IMG/VR virus record: IMGVR_UViG_3300020045_019462
Span: 1 to 32,437 of that record
Strand: one strand, 5' to 3'
Length of the DNA stretch: 32,437 bases
DNA from: a virus
Taxonomy: Duplodnaviria; Caudoviricetes
In this document: in pieces, positions 7,824-17,369 of the stretch
How positions within the stretch are numbered: position 1 is the stretch's first letter
Layout: each line of letters starts with the position of its first letter
The notes under the pieces: generated by a model
The model's database searches: none
Told to the model about the DNA's origin: nothing
The model's input: the letters and a program-made list of their open reading frames with translations, nothing else
Made by a program: the position numbers and the translations under genes

Positions 7824-10061
7824 ATGATATTTCAAAACACCGCACACCCCTTCGACTTTTACGAGAATTTATTAACTTCTGGAGAACCAAATAATATTTA
7901 TTCCATTGTCGAATCCAATTTAACTCTTCTGAAAGAAGATTTGGCTGAACGTTCTTTATGGTTTGAAAAAATAAATAAATCTCTAGAAGCATTGGGTTTC
8001 GTTCCAAACAACACACAGAATTCAGATGAATATTACATTATAAACTCAACATATATGCAGTGTTGGCGCCAGTTGTGCGATGAATATGGAGCGGAGATTT
8101 TCCAGCCCATGAACATGTTAACATATGATATTTTCGGTCGAACTGTTATGAATTCAATCCCAGGGTATGCAGATAAGATTCCAGAACTTGAGAAGATTGG
8201 GAAAATGGCGGCGGAGGATTTGAACCAGAAAATAAGTAAAAACTGGAGCGAGTATATTCCGGAATTGAAAAGAACGATCGCTTCGTGTTTTTTAACTGGT
8301 GGTGCAGTTTTAAAGGTGTTCATGGATCCACGTCTTAATCGTCCGACAATTAAACTTATTGAAGCAGAAAAAATTGTAATTGATCCCAATGCTTCATCCC
8401 TCGAAACAGCAGAACGCATAACACATATATTTGAAATGAACGATAGAGAACTCCAGGACTACATTCGGCTTGGAATTTTTGCTGATTCGACTATTCCTAC
8501 AATGGATTCCATGGATACCAACGGAAATATTCAACAAACGCGCGATCAAATTGCTGGAGTTCAAACACGTTCGCTAGGAAATAGCAGACAGAATTATAAA
8601 TTAGCTGAAGAGATTACATATCAATTTCCTGAGGATATGGGAGATGCATACGGAATGCATATCGCGCGCGACCGACAGTTGCCCTACAAAATAACCTTTG
8701 ATTTTGAAACTGGGACGCCCCTGCGTGTTCAAAGAAGTTGGTACCAGAATAAAGACGATATAGTTGTAAAACTTGATTTGGTAAAATTCACATATCTACA
8801 GAGTTTGAATTTCTGGGGATTGGGTCTAGTCGATACGCTAATGCCATTACACGATATGGCTTCAATAATCGAGACTGAATTAAATAAATCGATTCGATTC
8901 ACAAATATGCCAACGGGAATTATGGGATCCCAAATAACCAATGAAACTAATCAAATCGTCATTAAACCGGGCGTTATCAATCAAATTAATACCGATGATG
9001 GAACATTGGAATCAGTTCGTCCAGTACCATTCCCGCCTGTTTCTCCTTTGTTTCCAGAGTATTTGAAAACTGTCGAAAATAAAATGCGTGAGACTACAGC
9101 GATTTCACAGATCAAGGTTGAAAGTTTGCCAGCAAATATTAAAGGTTCTGTACTTTTAGCTTTGTTAGACAAAGAATATAAAAATATGAGCGCTGTTATG
9201 CGGCAAATGATTGGGAGTTTGAACAATTTATTCTCCATCATAAAAGAGATTTACGCCGATGAACTTGGAGACGGAATATTTATGGACAAGTCATTTCAGT
9301 TGTCGAACAAAGATGTTTATGGACAGAAAATAGAAATTATGTCGACAGCTGACCCGAACTATTCGAATTCTTCTTTACAAGTTACTCTCTTTCAGACGAT
9401 TTTCGAATTTGCAGGACAGCACCCAGAATTGCATAAAATGCGTGAACTATACCAACGTTTTTATGAAGTATTACGCTTAGATAACATTGATTCAATATTA
9501 CTAACTGAAGAAGAATACAAAGCTCAGCAGGCACAGGCTCAGGAGGCTCAAGCTCAACAGGCTCAAGCTCAGCGGGCACAGGCTCAGGCTCAGGCTCAGG
9601 CTCAACAGGCTCAGCTCGATTTGCAAAAACAACAGAGCGATACTCAAAATAAAATAATGATGTCCGAATTGATGCTTAAAGAAAAACAACAAGATATGAA
9701 AAATGAGCTTGAAAAGTTAAAACTTCAAACTGAAAGCAGTATTAGTGCTAAAAGGTTGGAGATCGAACAATTAAAAGAGATTGGAGAAAACACTAAGCAA
9801 ATTAATATTGAGAAATCTAGTATGTTCAAAACTTTCCTTGATTACTTTATTAACAAGACAGAAATCGAGCGAAAGTTCAATATTTCTATGCCGGATTTTG
9901 TTCCACCTAAATTAGAAGAATATGATGAAATCTTGGAACAGATAAGACAAAATTCGGAAACTAACTTACATTTAATTTCAACACCTAGCTTAGATGAAAT
10001 TGTGCCACAAGACGATGGGTCTCCTCCAGTAGAGGAATACACTGATGAGTTATCTTATTAA
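7824..10061 (+). CDS. Portal protein (P22-like, with C-terminal helical barrel)
   Basis: 745 aa; TGGAVLKVFMDP...IEAEKIVIDPNASSLETAERITH, FWGLGLV, STADPNYS motifs; Gln-rich coiled-coil tail. Confidence 0.88.
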   Translation: MIFQNTAHPFDFYENLLTSGEPNNIYSIVESNLTLLKEDLAERSLWFEKINKSLEALGFVPNNTQNSDEYYIINSTYMQCWRQLCDEYGAEIFQPMNMLTYDIFGRTVMNSIPGYADKIPELEKIGKMAAEDLNQKISKNWSEYIPELKRTIASCFLTGGAVLKVFMDPRLNRPTIKLIEAEKIVIDPNASSLETAERITHIFEMNDRELQDYIRLGIFADSTIPTMDSMDTNGNIQQTRDQIAGVQTRSLGNSRQNYKLAEEITYQFPEDMGDAYGMHIARDRQLPYKITFDFETGTPLRVQRSWYQNKDDIVVKLDLVKFTYLQSLNFWGLGLVDTLMPLHDMASIIETELNKSIRFTNMPTGIMGSQITNETNQIVIKPGVINQINTDDGTLESVRPVPFPPVSPLFPEYLKTVENKMRETTAISQIKVESLPANIKGSVLLALLDKEYKNMSAVMRQMIGSLNNLFSIIKEIYADELGDGIFMDKSFQLSNKDVYGQKIEIMSTADPNYSNSSLQVTLFQTIFEFAGQHPELHKMRELYQRFYEVLRLDNIDSILLTEEEYKAQQAQAQEAQAQQAQAQRAQAQAQAQAQQAQLDLQKQQSDTQNKIMMSELMLKEKQQDMKNELEKLKLQTESSISAKRLEIEQLKEIGENTKQINIEKSSMFKTFLDYFINKTEIERKFNISMPDFVPPKLEEYDEILEQIRQNSETNLHLISTPSLDEIVPQDDGSPPVEEYTDELSY
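9522..9614 (+). repeat. Low-complexity (CAG GCT)n tract encoding a Gln/Ala repeat in the portal barrel
   Basis: AQQAQAQEAQAQQAQAQRAQAQAQAQAQQAQ. Confidence 0.9.
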
Positions 10062-10132
10062 GAGGACATTTTTTTAACATGTCTTAGAGATATTCTAGTA
10101 TAATAAATTAATAATAATAAAAAGGTAAAATT

Positions 10133-10450
10133 ATGGCTAAAAATACAACTTGGAAAGACATCGGCGGCTCATTCATCGCTCCATCTTTGGGAGAGCTTAT
10201 TGAAAAACGTCATGCTTCAATGTACGATGAATTAACTAATCCAGATCACAAAGCACATTCAGATGGCGGCTTTATCCCAGATTTTGGCACAAACGTAATC
10301 AAAAAGAACTCCAAAATGAATATTTGGACGGGGAATTCGTTTCACGAACGCGCGGGTGCAACTGAAAGCTACGAGGGCGAAAGCTCATCACTTAAAGAGG
10401 TTTCCTTTAGCGATAATGCTGGAGCATCAATTTTCAAATTATATAAGTAG
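10133..10450 (+). CDS. Hypothetical protein, possible minor head protein
   Basis: AAAGG RBS, upstream TATAAT, downstream hairpin; HSDGGFI motif. Confidence 0.65.
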   Translation: MAKNTTWKDIGGSFIAPSLGELIEKRHASMYDELTNPDHKAHSDGGFIPDFGTNVIKKNSKMNIWTGNSFHERAGATESYEGESSSLKEVSFSDNAGASIFKLYK

Positions 10451-10461
10451 TTTAAACGTTG

Positions 10462-10486
10462 AGGGCTTTTCGATGCGAGAAGCCCT
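10462..10486 (+). terminator. Terminator-like hairpin
   Basis: AGGGCTTTTCG-atg-CGAGAAGCCCT shortly after the 10450 stop; U-tract is weak. Confidence 0.55.
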
Positions 10487-10572
10487 TACTACAATTCATT
10501 TCAGATTTAAATGTATTGCTTTTTATTTTTTACTATGATATTCTGTCCTAGAAATGAAATGAAGGTGAAACT

Positions 10573-11298
10573 ATGGAAAATAAATCAAACCAAGAAATAA
10601 CGTGTCTATCCGACGCATTGTCAGCCGTAATAGGCGAAATCGCAGCAGTTGGAATTCAGAAAACAGTCAGCATAAATTCAGATAAATTCGGTTACAAGGC
10701 TCGAGGGATAGAAGATATTTGTAAGGTGATTCCAGGTATAATGGCTAAATATCAAATATCCTTAACCTTCGAACAAAAAGAGTTCTTTTTTCAAAATGAT
10801 GCATTGTACATTTTAGTCGAGTATTTCTTACATTATAAAGGAGAAATATTCAAATATTCGACAATGGGCGAAGCTCCGATTCTAAATTCTGGAAAATATC
10901 GCACATTTCGTGAGGCGCAAATTGCTCAAACATACGCCTATAAATCCTTCTTATCGCAAGCATTTTTAATCTCAGAAGGATGGGATGAGCAAACAATGGA
11001 GAATAATTTGAATCAGAATACGAAAGATTTCAAATCAAATGTTATGAAAGATAGGAATACTCCAAAACCTGAAGCAAAAACAGAAACAAGAAATGAAGAT
11101 ATTGATTTCGACTTAAGGGCTGATGAAGTGATTAGAGATTTTAAAATAAGGATTTCTCAAACTGATAATGCAGAAGAAATTGTTAATATTTATAATAAAG
11201 AGTTCAAAAGCAAGGTTAACCACCCGATGTTCCCACATTTAAAAAGACTTAGCTTTTTTGAACTAACCTTAGATAAGGGAATCATTCTTGCAGCATAA
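10573..11298 (+). CDS. erf: ERF-family single-strand annealing protein
   Basis: GIQK...GYKARGIEDI...GEA...AQTYAYKSFLSQAFLI matches the ERF motif; GAAGGTGA RBS. Confidence 0.8.
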   Translation: MENKSNQEITCLSDALSAVIGEIAAVGIQKTVSINSDKFGYKARGIEDICKVIPGIMAKYQISLTFEQKEFFFQNDALYILVEYFLHYKGEIFKYSTMGEAPILNSGKYRTFREAQIAQTYAYKSFLSQAFLISEGWDEQTMENNLNQNTKDFKSNVMKDRNTPKPEAKTETRNEDIDFDLRADEVIRDFKIRISQTDNAEEIVNIYNKEFKSKVNHPMFPHLKRLSFFELTLDKGIILAA

Positions 11299-11303
11299 TC
11301 AGA

Positions 11304-11335
11304 ATTAGTCCAGGGATAAAAATCTCTGGACTAAT
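11304..11335. terminator. Hairpin between convergent genes
   Basis: ATTAGTCCAGGGAT-aaaa-ATCTCTGGACTAAT, 14-bp stem with one G-T. Confidence 0.75.
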
Positions 11336-11738
11336 CTTTACTTTGAATATTTTTCTTAATTGAGTTCGCCATTTCGAAGGCATGTGAAGCGCCTTGCGCT
11401 TTCCCTTTTGCTATAAAAAAATCATCTTTAAGAAGTTCTTTATAAACCAAAGAATTAGACGCTTCCACCGATTTTTCCAATAACATATCTACAATATTTT
11501 CGAATAATTTATATGAGGATTCAAGGGAGTGCCGATTTTGGATCTCCTCTATATTTGAAATTGAATTATCGTAGGAATAAATTTTTCCAATAAGAATATT
11601 ACTTTCCTCGAAAGAGATATTTGAATGAACTATTTTCTCACTAGTTGAGTTGATAAGTTTAAGCAAATCGTCCTGAAGTTTTTGGATATACTCATCCATA
11701 GGTGGATGGAAAGCAATTGGTTTCACAAAATTCCCCAC
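11331..11738 (-). CDS. Small helical phage protein, apparently an internal duplication (start may be ATG at 11699)
   Basis: Two halves each end in a GK-containing helix (NILIGKIYSY and FIAKGKAQGA). Confidence 0.55.
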   Translation of the reverse strand: MGNFVKPIAFHPPMDEYIQKLQDDLLKLINSTSEKIVHSNISFEESNILIGKIYSYDNSISNIEEIQNRHSLESSYKLFENIVDMLLEKSVEASNSLVYKELLKDDFFIAKGKAQGASHAFEMANSIKKNIQSKD

Positions 11739-12070
11739 TCTTTTAAAATGTTAATCCCTTCATCTGTCGAGCGGGCTATACAGTATGGGATATTTTTAAG
11801 AATACACTCTGCTTCGAATTCTTTTTGATCTTTAGACAATTTCCCCTTAAAAGTTTTAAACTCTATGAATCCACCGCCATTTTCCCATAGGAAAACATAG
11901 TCGGGCGCTCCGTTTTTCTTTCCAGCTCGCTTGAGATTCGCACCGAATATTGGATTTTTAACATTTTTTCCTTCATTCGCGACATGAAACCATACAAAGG
12001 GTTTTTTGGGATTAAGCTCTAAAAATTTCAATTGCGCGACAAATTGACGGCAAATCATCCCTTCTGACAT
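11723..12070 (-). CDS. VRR-NUC domain (PD-(D/E)xK) nuclease
   Basis: WFHVANEG...GAPDY...FIEFKTFKGKLSKDQKEF...ARSTDEG. Confidence 0.88.
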   Translation of the reverse strand: MSEGMICRQFVAQLKFLELNPKKPFVWFHVANEGKNVKNPIFGANLKRAGKKNGAPDYVFLWENGGGFIEFKTFKGKLSKDQKEFEAECILKNIPYCIARSTDEGINILKEWGIL

Positions 12071-12125
12071 TGTTTTTTCAAATATATTTATTTTGCTAGA
12101 CCCTTTTGTTATTATTAAAAGAAAA

Positions 12126-13121
12126 ATGCAATTTTCCCAACCATTCTTAAATCCAGTCGTCCCAGCAAACTATTCGTTTAATGAGATTTTACTAACCTCT
12201 ACAAATAATAACATCCTGCTTTCGTATCCTCAAGCGTTCACCCCAAACCTGAATTATTTTGCAGCCTACATTTTGGTTACCAACGACGATTCGATTTCGG
12301 CGGGTTCGATTTATTTTGACGATGCCCGCCTTGCTTCTAACGGTACTGGAACAATTGTTGTAAATGAGGGAACATCCGATCTAGGAATATTTTCTGTGAA
12401 TGGATTGGAAATTTTAGTGCTAGCTCCATCCCAATCATATTCTATTTTCTTGACCGATAATACGACTGCTGATGGTGAATGGCAGGCAGTTTTACTTGGC
12501 GCTACGACGTCTGCTGCCAACGCGGCAGCCCTAGCAGGATTGGGTTTGATCGCATATAACAACAAATTAAACTCGACCGTTCCATCGATAGAAGAAAATA
12601 TTTCTATTACATTATCGAATGATATTTTATCGACTTTAGTGAATTGGACTGGCGGAAACTACACGTTCTATTTGCAGAATGTTTTTGCACCTGTTCCGGG
12701 ATTTTATTTCTATATTAGAAACTCCTCACCATCGAATGGAGTTTTGAATATTCATGTCGATACACCGGGAAGTATTGATGGAGTTCAGGATATATACCTA
12801 ACTTTAAACCAATCATGTATGATTGTGTACGATGCAAATTCTCAACTTTGGAAAACCGTCGGGTTAGGTCAACTTGGCGTCGGCTCAGGAGTACAATTGG
12901 GATCAAATGGAATTAAAGTTGTAAACGGAACAGCGACTAATCCAAGTTATTCATTTATTTTACAACCCACAACAGGAATCTATAACCCTAGTAATTCTAT
13001 TGCTTTCACAGTTTCTGGAGCCCAAGTTGCTTCAGTAAACCAAAATGGATTTAATTTAGATTCGGGTTCATACTTTGTCGGCGGAGATGACATCTTAGAA
13101 TTGACTGGAATTTACCCATGA
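12126..13121 (+). CDS. Tail fibre/appendage-like structural protein
   Basis: Beta-rich, N/T/S/G-rich; GATTSAANAAALAGLGL linker; C-terminal GTATNPSYSF...TGIY motif typical of tail fibres. ATG at 12126 preferred over TTG at 12093. Confidence 0.65.
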   Translation: MQFSQPFLNPVVPANYSFNEILLTSTNNNILLSYPQAFTPNLNYFAAYILVTNDDSISAGSIYFDDARLASNGTGTIVVNEGTSDLGIFSVNGLEILVLAPSQSYSIFLTDNTTADGEWQAVLLGATTSAANAAALAGLGLIAYNNKLNSTVPSIEENISITLSNDILSTLVNWTGGNYTFYLQNVFAPVPGFYFYIRNSSPSNGVLNIHVDTPGSIDGVQDIYLTLNQSCMIVYDANSQLWKTVGLGQLGVGSGVQLGSNGIKVVNGTATNPSYSFILQPTTGIYNPSNSIAFTVSGAQVASVNQNGFNLDSGSYFVGGDDILELTGIYP

Positions 13122-14695
13122 GTGTTTATTCCAATCCCTACGGAGACAGTACAAGAAGTTTCAATTCACAGCCGGGAGCAAACCATGATGTAACTAAATT
13201 CGTTTCACCTAACTGGCTGGACTCGCAGCACACCCGTTGGGATAACAACTTTCCTCGGAAAATGGGTGGACAGGAACTGCTTTTACCCGGAAACGATAAT
13301 GTTATCCGATCGATGTATCAACTTTCGATAGGTAATATAACTCGAATATTTCTATTTCGAGATTCTGGTGTTTCTAGTATTGAATTACTTGAAAACAATA
13401 CGTTTACGGGAGAAGAAAATTTAACACCAGCCGGCTGGGTAACTCCAGGCTCCAACGATTCAAGTTATATTTTTTCAATCGCACAATTTAATGCATTCGA
13501 AAATATCGATGGGAATATCCAGACAGTCCCGATGATACTTTTTGCCGCTATGCCAACCTCAAAAAACATAAACAATACAACACCTGCTCCCATTTATAAA
13601 TTTGAAGTAGGTAAAGATAAAACTTTTGTACCATATAAAGCGCAGTTAACTTCCACCAGCCCTTTTCTGCAACAATACACCAACGGTGGAGTTTTTGTTT
13701 TCGACCAAAAAGTGTGTATTTATGGATCGAACGGATTAATAAGATATTCTGATTTTAATGCGCCATTCATTATTGGAGAGGACTCCTTTTCGACCAAGGG
13801 TACGGAAAAGTTTGTCGCAATCAAAGAATATCGATTAGGTATAATTGTATGGACTTCAACTCGTTTGTATACCGCAGTTTTTGACGCAACAACTAATCGG
13901 TTCATATTTTCAACTGCTTCCACAGGTATATCTATTATCTCACCAAATTCAATCGTTGATGGTCGAAATTCAACCTATTACTGGGTCGGTCTAAAACAAT
14001 TTTACATGTTCAACGGGGCATTAAATACGTTCCAAAATGACTTCAATAGGAATTTTATCTTCAAGAGATTAACGGAGGATAATCCAGGTGCAATTTGGGG
14101 AATGTTTATTGAAGACTTCACAGAAATGTGGTGGTTTTTTCCAGTTAATGGAGAAAAGGAGTGTTCACAACTAATTATTCATAATGCTGAGGAAAATGTT
14201 TGGTACAAATCGATCATGAATCGAAGTTGCGGTATTCCAGCTGGAATCCTCAAATACCCAATTTTATCGGATAATAAAAAATTATTTACAGTTTCACAAA
14301 CAACTTATCCAGTTTGGTATCACGAGAAGGGGGTAAACCTTGTTGTGGGTAACGATTCCTATCCTATTGAGGCTTGGGTACAAACAAAAATGATTGCTTT
14401 GTTTAGAGACGATCCTAATTCCAATTTCGCGATACGCTTAAGAAGATTTGAAAAAAATATCGATCAGAAAGGCGACATGGTCATTGAGATCGCAAAGTAT
14501 AACTTTCCAGATTCGATTCCCGAAATTATGGAACCATTTATATTTTCAGAGAACACAACTCAACTAAGCCTAAATGTTGAATCTAGTTTGATCACACTTA
14601 AATTTACAAGTAATACTATTGATGGATTTTTCCAATTTGGACACCTACTAATCGATTACGATGTTGGTAACCCCAGACCTTCAGGCGTTGAATGA
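13118..14695 (+). CDS. Tail tubular/head-closure protein (P22 gp10 / T7 gp12-like beta-propeller)
   Basis: WLDSQHTRW...PRKMGG N-terminus, YYWVGLKQFYMFNG, FTEMWWFFP...EC...IIHN...W motifs; ATGA overlap. Confidence 0.75.
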   Translation: MSVYSNPYGDSTRSFNSQPGANHDVTKFVSPNWLDSQHTRWDNNFPRKMGGQELLLPGNDNVIRSMYQLSIGNITRIFLFRDSGVSSIELLENNTFTGEENLTPAGWVTPGSNDSSYIFSIAQFNAFENIDGNIQTVPMILFAAMPTSKNINNTTPAPIYKFEVGKDKTFVPYKAQLTSTSPFLQQYTNGGVFVFDQKVCIYGSNGLIRYSDFNAPFIIGEDSFSTKGTEKFVAIKEYRLGIIVWTSTRLYTAVFDATTNRFIFSTASTGISIISPNSIVDGRNSTYYWVGLKQFYMFNGALNTFQNDFNRNFIFKRLTEDNPGAIWGMFIEDFTEMWWFFPVNGEKECSQLIIHNAEENVWYKSIMNRSCGIPAGILKYPILSDNKKLFTVSQTTYPVWYHEKGVNLVVGNDSYPIEAWVQTKMIALFRDDPNSNFAIRLRRFEKNIDQKGDMVIEIAKYNFPDSIPEIMEPFIFSENTTQLSLNVESSLITLKFTSNTIDGFFQFGHLLIDYDVGNPRPSGVE

Positions 14696-14940
14696 TTCAA
14701 AACGATGTTCCCATTCCAATTAATATATCTTTTACTAAATGGGGTAAATTATTAATGGCTTCTTTTCCGAGTGAAGATATTCCAGTTCCTGTTTCTGAAA
14801 ATAACTGGAGAACTTGGGCATCTATTTTAATTAATTTGAAGTCTTTTGAAAATGCTCCAGTTCCATTAAAGGTTCAGTACCCAACCGATAAGAGTTGGAG
14901 AAAATGGGCTGAATTATTTATTCAATCTTTAAATAGTTAA
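14692..14940 (+). CDS. Small Trp-repeat tail-associated protein
   Basis: FTKWG, WRTWA and WRKWA repeats separated by PVP; ATGA overlap with the tail gene. Confidence 0.65.
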   Translation: MIQNDVPIPINISFTKWGKLLMASFPSEDIPVPVSENNWRTWASILINLKSFENAPVPLKVQYPTDKSWRKWAELFIQSLNS

Positions 14941-15599
14941 GAGATTTTAGTTACAATTCCTCGGTCTGCTTTCCCGATCTGATCGTTTTGCTGAGCGATG
15001 TGAATGCCAGCCTCAACATAACCATTATATTGGTTTCTGAACTCACTATTTCTTAAAAATTGAAACGCATACATCAGACTCATATTTAAAAGAAGTTGTG
15101 GAAACCTCATTGTAAGAAGGTTTTGTTGTATGTTTTCGTTAATAGGAACAAGTTCTGGATGGAAAACCAAAGTATATGGATAACCCGTGTAATTTTCTCC
15201 AGGAGAAATTGGTATAGGCGCGATTTGAAATGTATTTGAGTTGTCTAAATCCGCATAAAACTTGGGAATTCCCAAATGATCATCACTGTTCTGAAATCTT
15301 CTTAAATAACCTAGAGATCGTGGTTGCAATTCTCTATATAAATTTGAATATTGTGGTTGGTAGATCCCAAATTCGACCGTGTAACCCCAATATGAAGGCT
15401 TTTGAATCACGGAAACACCCGTTAATAGTATATCTTCTACGGTTTGTTCTATTTTGACGATTTTAAGCCGAGCCGATAAGTCATACTGTGCATCTAAAAT
15501 TATATTTGGAATTTCTGCTCTAAAACTTGGATCGCCACCTTTAGATGTTACGTATTGAATGTCTTGAATTAAAGAGTTGTAGGTCATGGCAACTGTCAT
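14937..15599 (-). CDS. Head-tail adaptor / tail tubular protein A-like
   Basis: MTYNSLIQDIQ...IPNIILDAQ...GIPKFYA...IAPIP...PQLLLNMSL motif set. Confidence 0.75.
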   Translation of the reverse strand: MTVAMTYNSLIQDIQYVTSKGGDPSFRAEIPNIILDAQYDLSARLKIVKIEQTVEDILLTGVSVIQKPSYWGYTVEFGIYQPQYSNLYRELQPRSLGYLRRFQNSDDHLGIPKFYADLDNSNTFQIAPIPISPGENYTGYPYTLVFHPELVPINENIQQNLLTMRFPQLLLNMSLMYAFQFLRNSEFRNQYNGYVEAGIHIAQQNDQIGKADRGIVTKIS

Positions 15600-16288
15600 T
15601 AAGGCTGCTCCGTGTACGAAATTTTTAGTCGGTAAGTAGCCGCTGTATCTGAAGTAAAATATAAAGAATTGGATACTCCTATTGTTAGAGTATTTGGTAA
15701 AAGATTTACCGCTGAAGCACCAGTAGTAATAACAGGCGGATTAGTTATAGCATTGATCACTATTTGGTTTGAGAATCCGTCAGTTGCCAAAGACAGTGTT
15801 TGAATATCGTCTATGGCTATTGTTGAATAAATAGATTTTACATTAAACGTTCCAGACGTGGGTGCAGACAAAATTTGCACTAATTCTCCAGGTGTTGTAA
15901 TAGTCACAGTGAGTGTTAAAGATTTCATTTTTGAATAATATGGATTAGTTATAGATACAGAAGTTCCTGAAAGTGAAACCGTGAATTTCGAACCAACGGT
16001 AAAGTCATTTGACCGAAAGAATAGATGAGGTTGGTTTACGAAAATTGGAAAACCTTTTTCCACTCCTTGTACATTAAATGTTGCTGTTCCATATAAATAT
16101 TCAAATAACTGTGTATTATATGGAGCAGTAGCATTATCCGCGCCACTCAAGTATAAGCTCACAGCGGTAGTGGGTTCATACGAACTAAGATAAATCGAAT
16201 CAATTACAGTAAGATCCGTAGGTAATGGAACCGTGAAGATATCGGATGCAGCTACTTGCGTGTGTTCAAGCTGAAAATTGTATAACAT
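15599..16288 (-). CDS. Structural protein of two tandem beta-sandwich domains
   Basis: IFTVP...VIDSIY repeated as ILSAP...NVKSIY; ATG at 16288 just after the upstream stop. Confidence 0.6.
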   Translation of the reverse strand: MLYNFQLEHTQVAASDIFTVPLPTDLTVIDSIYLSSYEPTTAVSLYLSGADNATAPYNTQLFEYLYGTATFNVQGVEKGFPIFVNQPHLFFRSNDFTVGSKFTVSLSGTSVSITNPYYSKMKSLTLTVTITTPGELVQILSAPTSGTFNVKSIYSTIAIDDIQTLSLATDGFSNQIVINAITNPPVITTGASAVNLLPNTLTIGVSNSLYFTSDTAATYRLKISYTEQP

Positions 16289-16290
16289 TT

Positions 16291-16575
16291 TTATACCCAA
16301 GTATTAGTATTAGATAAAATCGGACGTGGATTCATCACTGGTTCTGGATCCATAAATATGGGTGGTGTTTTCATCCCTGGGTTTGGGATCGGTACCATCC
16401 GCTTATCCACCATGAAGCCTGTATTATATAGTTTATTACCCCCCCATTCCATTTGTGGAACAAGGTTTTTATACTGGACTGGGAATCTGGATAAATCACA
16501 CTGACCTAAAGGAGAAAAGTTATTCAGATTGTGAATGTTAAATCCTATGGGAACATACGTTGACGTGAATTGCAT
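16291..16575 (-). CDS. Small neck-region protein, degenerate Zn-finger-like family
   Basis: GQCDLSRF...EW.G...TGFMV...P.P...DPEPVMNPRP; AAAGG RBS. Confidence 0.65.
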   Translation of the reverse strand: MQFTSTYVPIGFNIHNLNNFSPLGQCDLSRFPVQYKNLVPQMEWGGNKLYNTGFMVDKRMVPIPNPGMKTPPIFMDPEPVMNPRPILSNTNTWV

Positions 16576-16635
16576 GGTGTGCCTTTTTTCTTTAATTATA
16601 AAACATTTAGATGGATGATAATATCAAATAAACAT

Positions 16636-17266
16636 AGATCTAAATGTTCCGGAAATTTTGTAGTCGTAATAGGCTTGGTATGTACGTAGGCGATATTTGA
16701 GCTAGATTTACACGGGTTAGTACATATAATTGAAGATCCCTCGTTGAGGTGTGCAACTTCATTGGCGCAGACATCATGCTTTAAACCTATATATGATTGG
16801 TTTAAAGATGCCTTAGAATTAATATCACCAGTTGCTTCTTATTCGATCTAACAACCTACTCAGAGCTAATCTTATTGATTGATCCTTTGGTCTACTTAAA
16901 AGTAAATAAAATACAATTACCCAAATTATACTGGGTAACACCTTAATAAATTCATCTATCAAGCTCATAGTTGTTTCCTTTTTACGCCATCGCACATTAA
17001 CATTTTTATAAATCGAAGTTAAGCCGCATAATTTCAATGTGTGTGTCTGTATTTTTTCTAGCTACCCTAACGGTATAAAACTATTTACATAGCCTCAGTG
17101 TCGATTTAAATGAAAACAGATAGGCTTTTTATTTACTTAAATTGAAGCATGTAGCTTGTTTATACAAGGAAGGCATCAAATATTGTTCTTTTGAGTAAAA
17201 CATCATTACTATCTATCGCTGCTAGTATGATATCTGAAAACACAATGAGATCTAAATGTTCCGGAA
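16636..17266. repeat. Exact 19-bp direct repeat AGATCTAAATGTTCCGGAA at 16636-16654 and 17248-17266
   Basis: Read directly; an inverted partial copy AACATTTAGAT lies at 16602-16612. Confidence 0.92.
16825..16968 (-). CDS. 47-aa single-pass membrane peptide
   Basis: AAAAAGGAAACAACT-ATG; MSLIDEFIKVLPSIIWVIVFYLLLSRPKDQSIRLALSRLLDRIRSNW. Confidence 0.65.
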   Translation of the reverse strand: MSLIDEFIKVLPSIIWVIVFYLLLSRPKDQSIRLALSRLLDRIRSNW

Positions 17267-17369
17267 TACCCAAAATAATCCGTAATTACGTTACGGTTAA
17301 TTTTGTAGAGGTAATAGTACTGAACTGAATTTCAATTACGCCAAACAGTAGTCGTATGTTGATAGTATT

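Noticed and set aside
10356-10538. 60-aa ORF overlapping 10133..10450
   Set aside because: Runs through a terminator hairpin and has no RBS.
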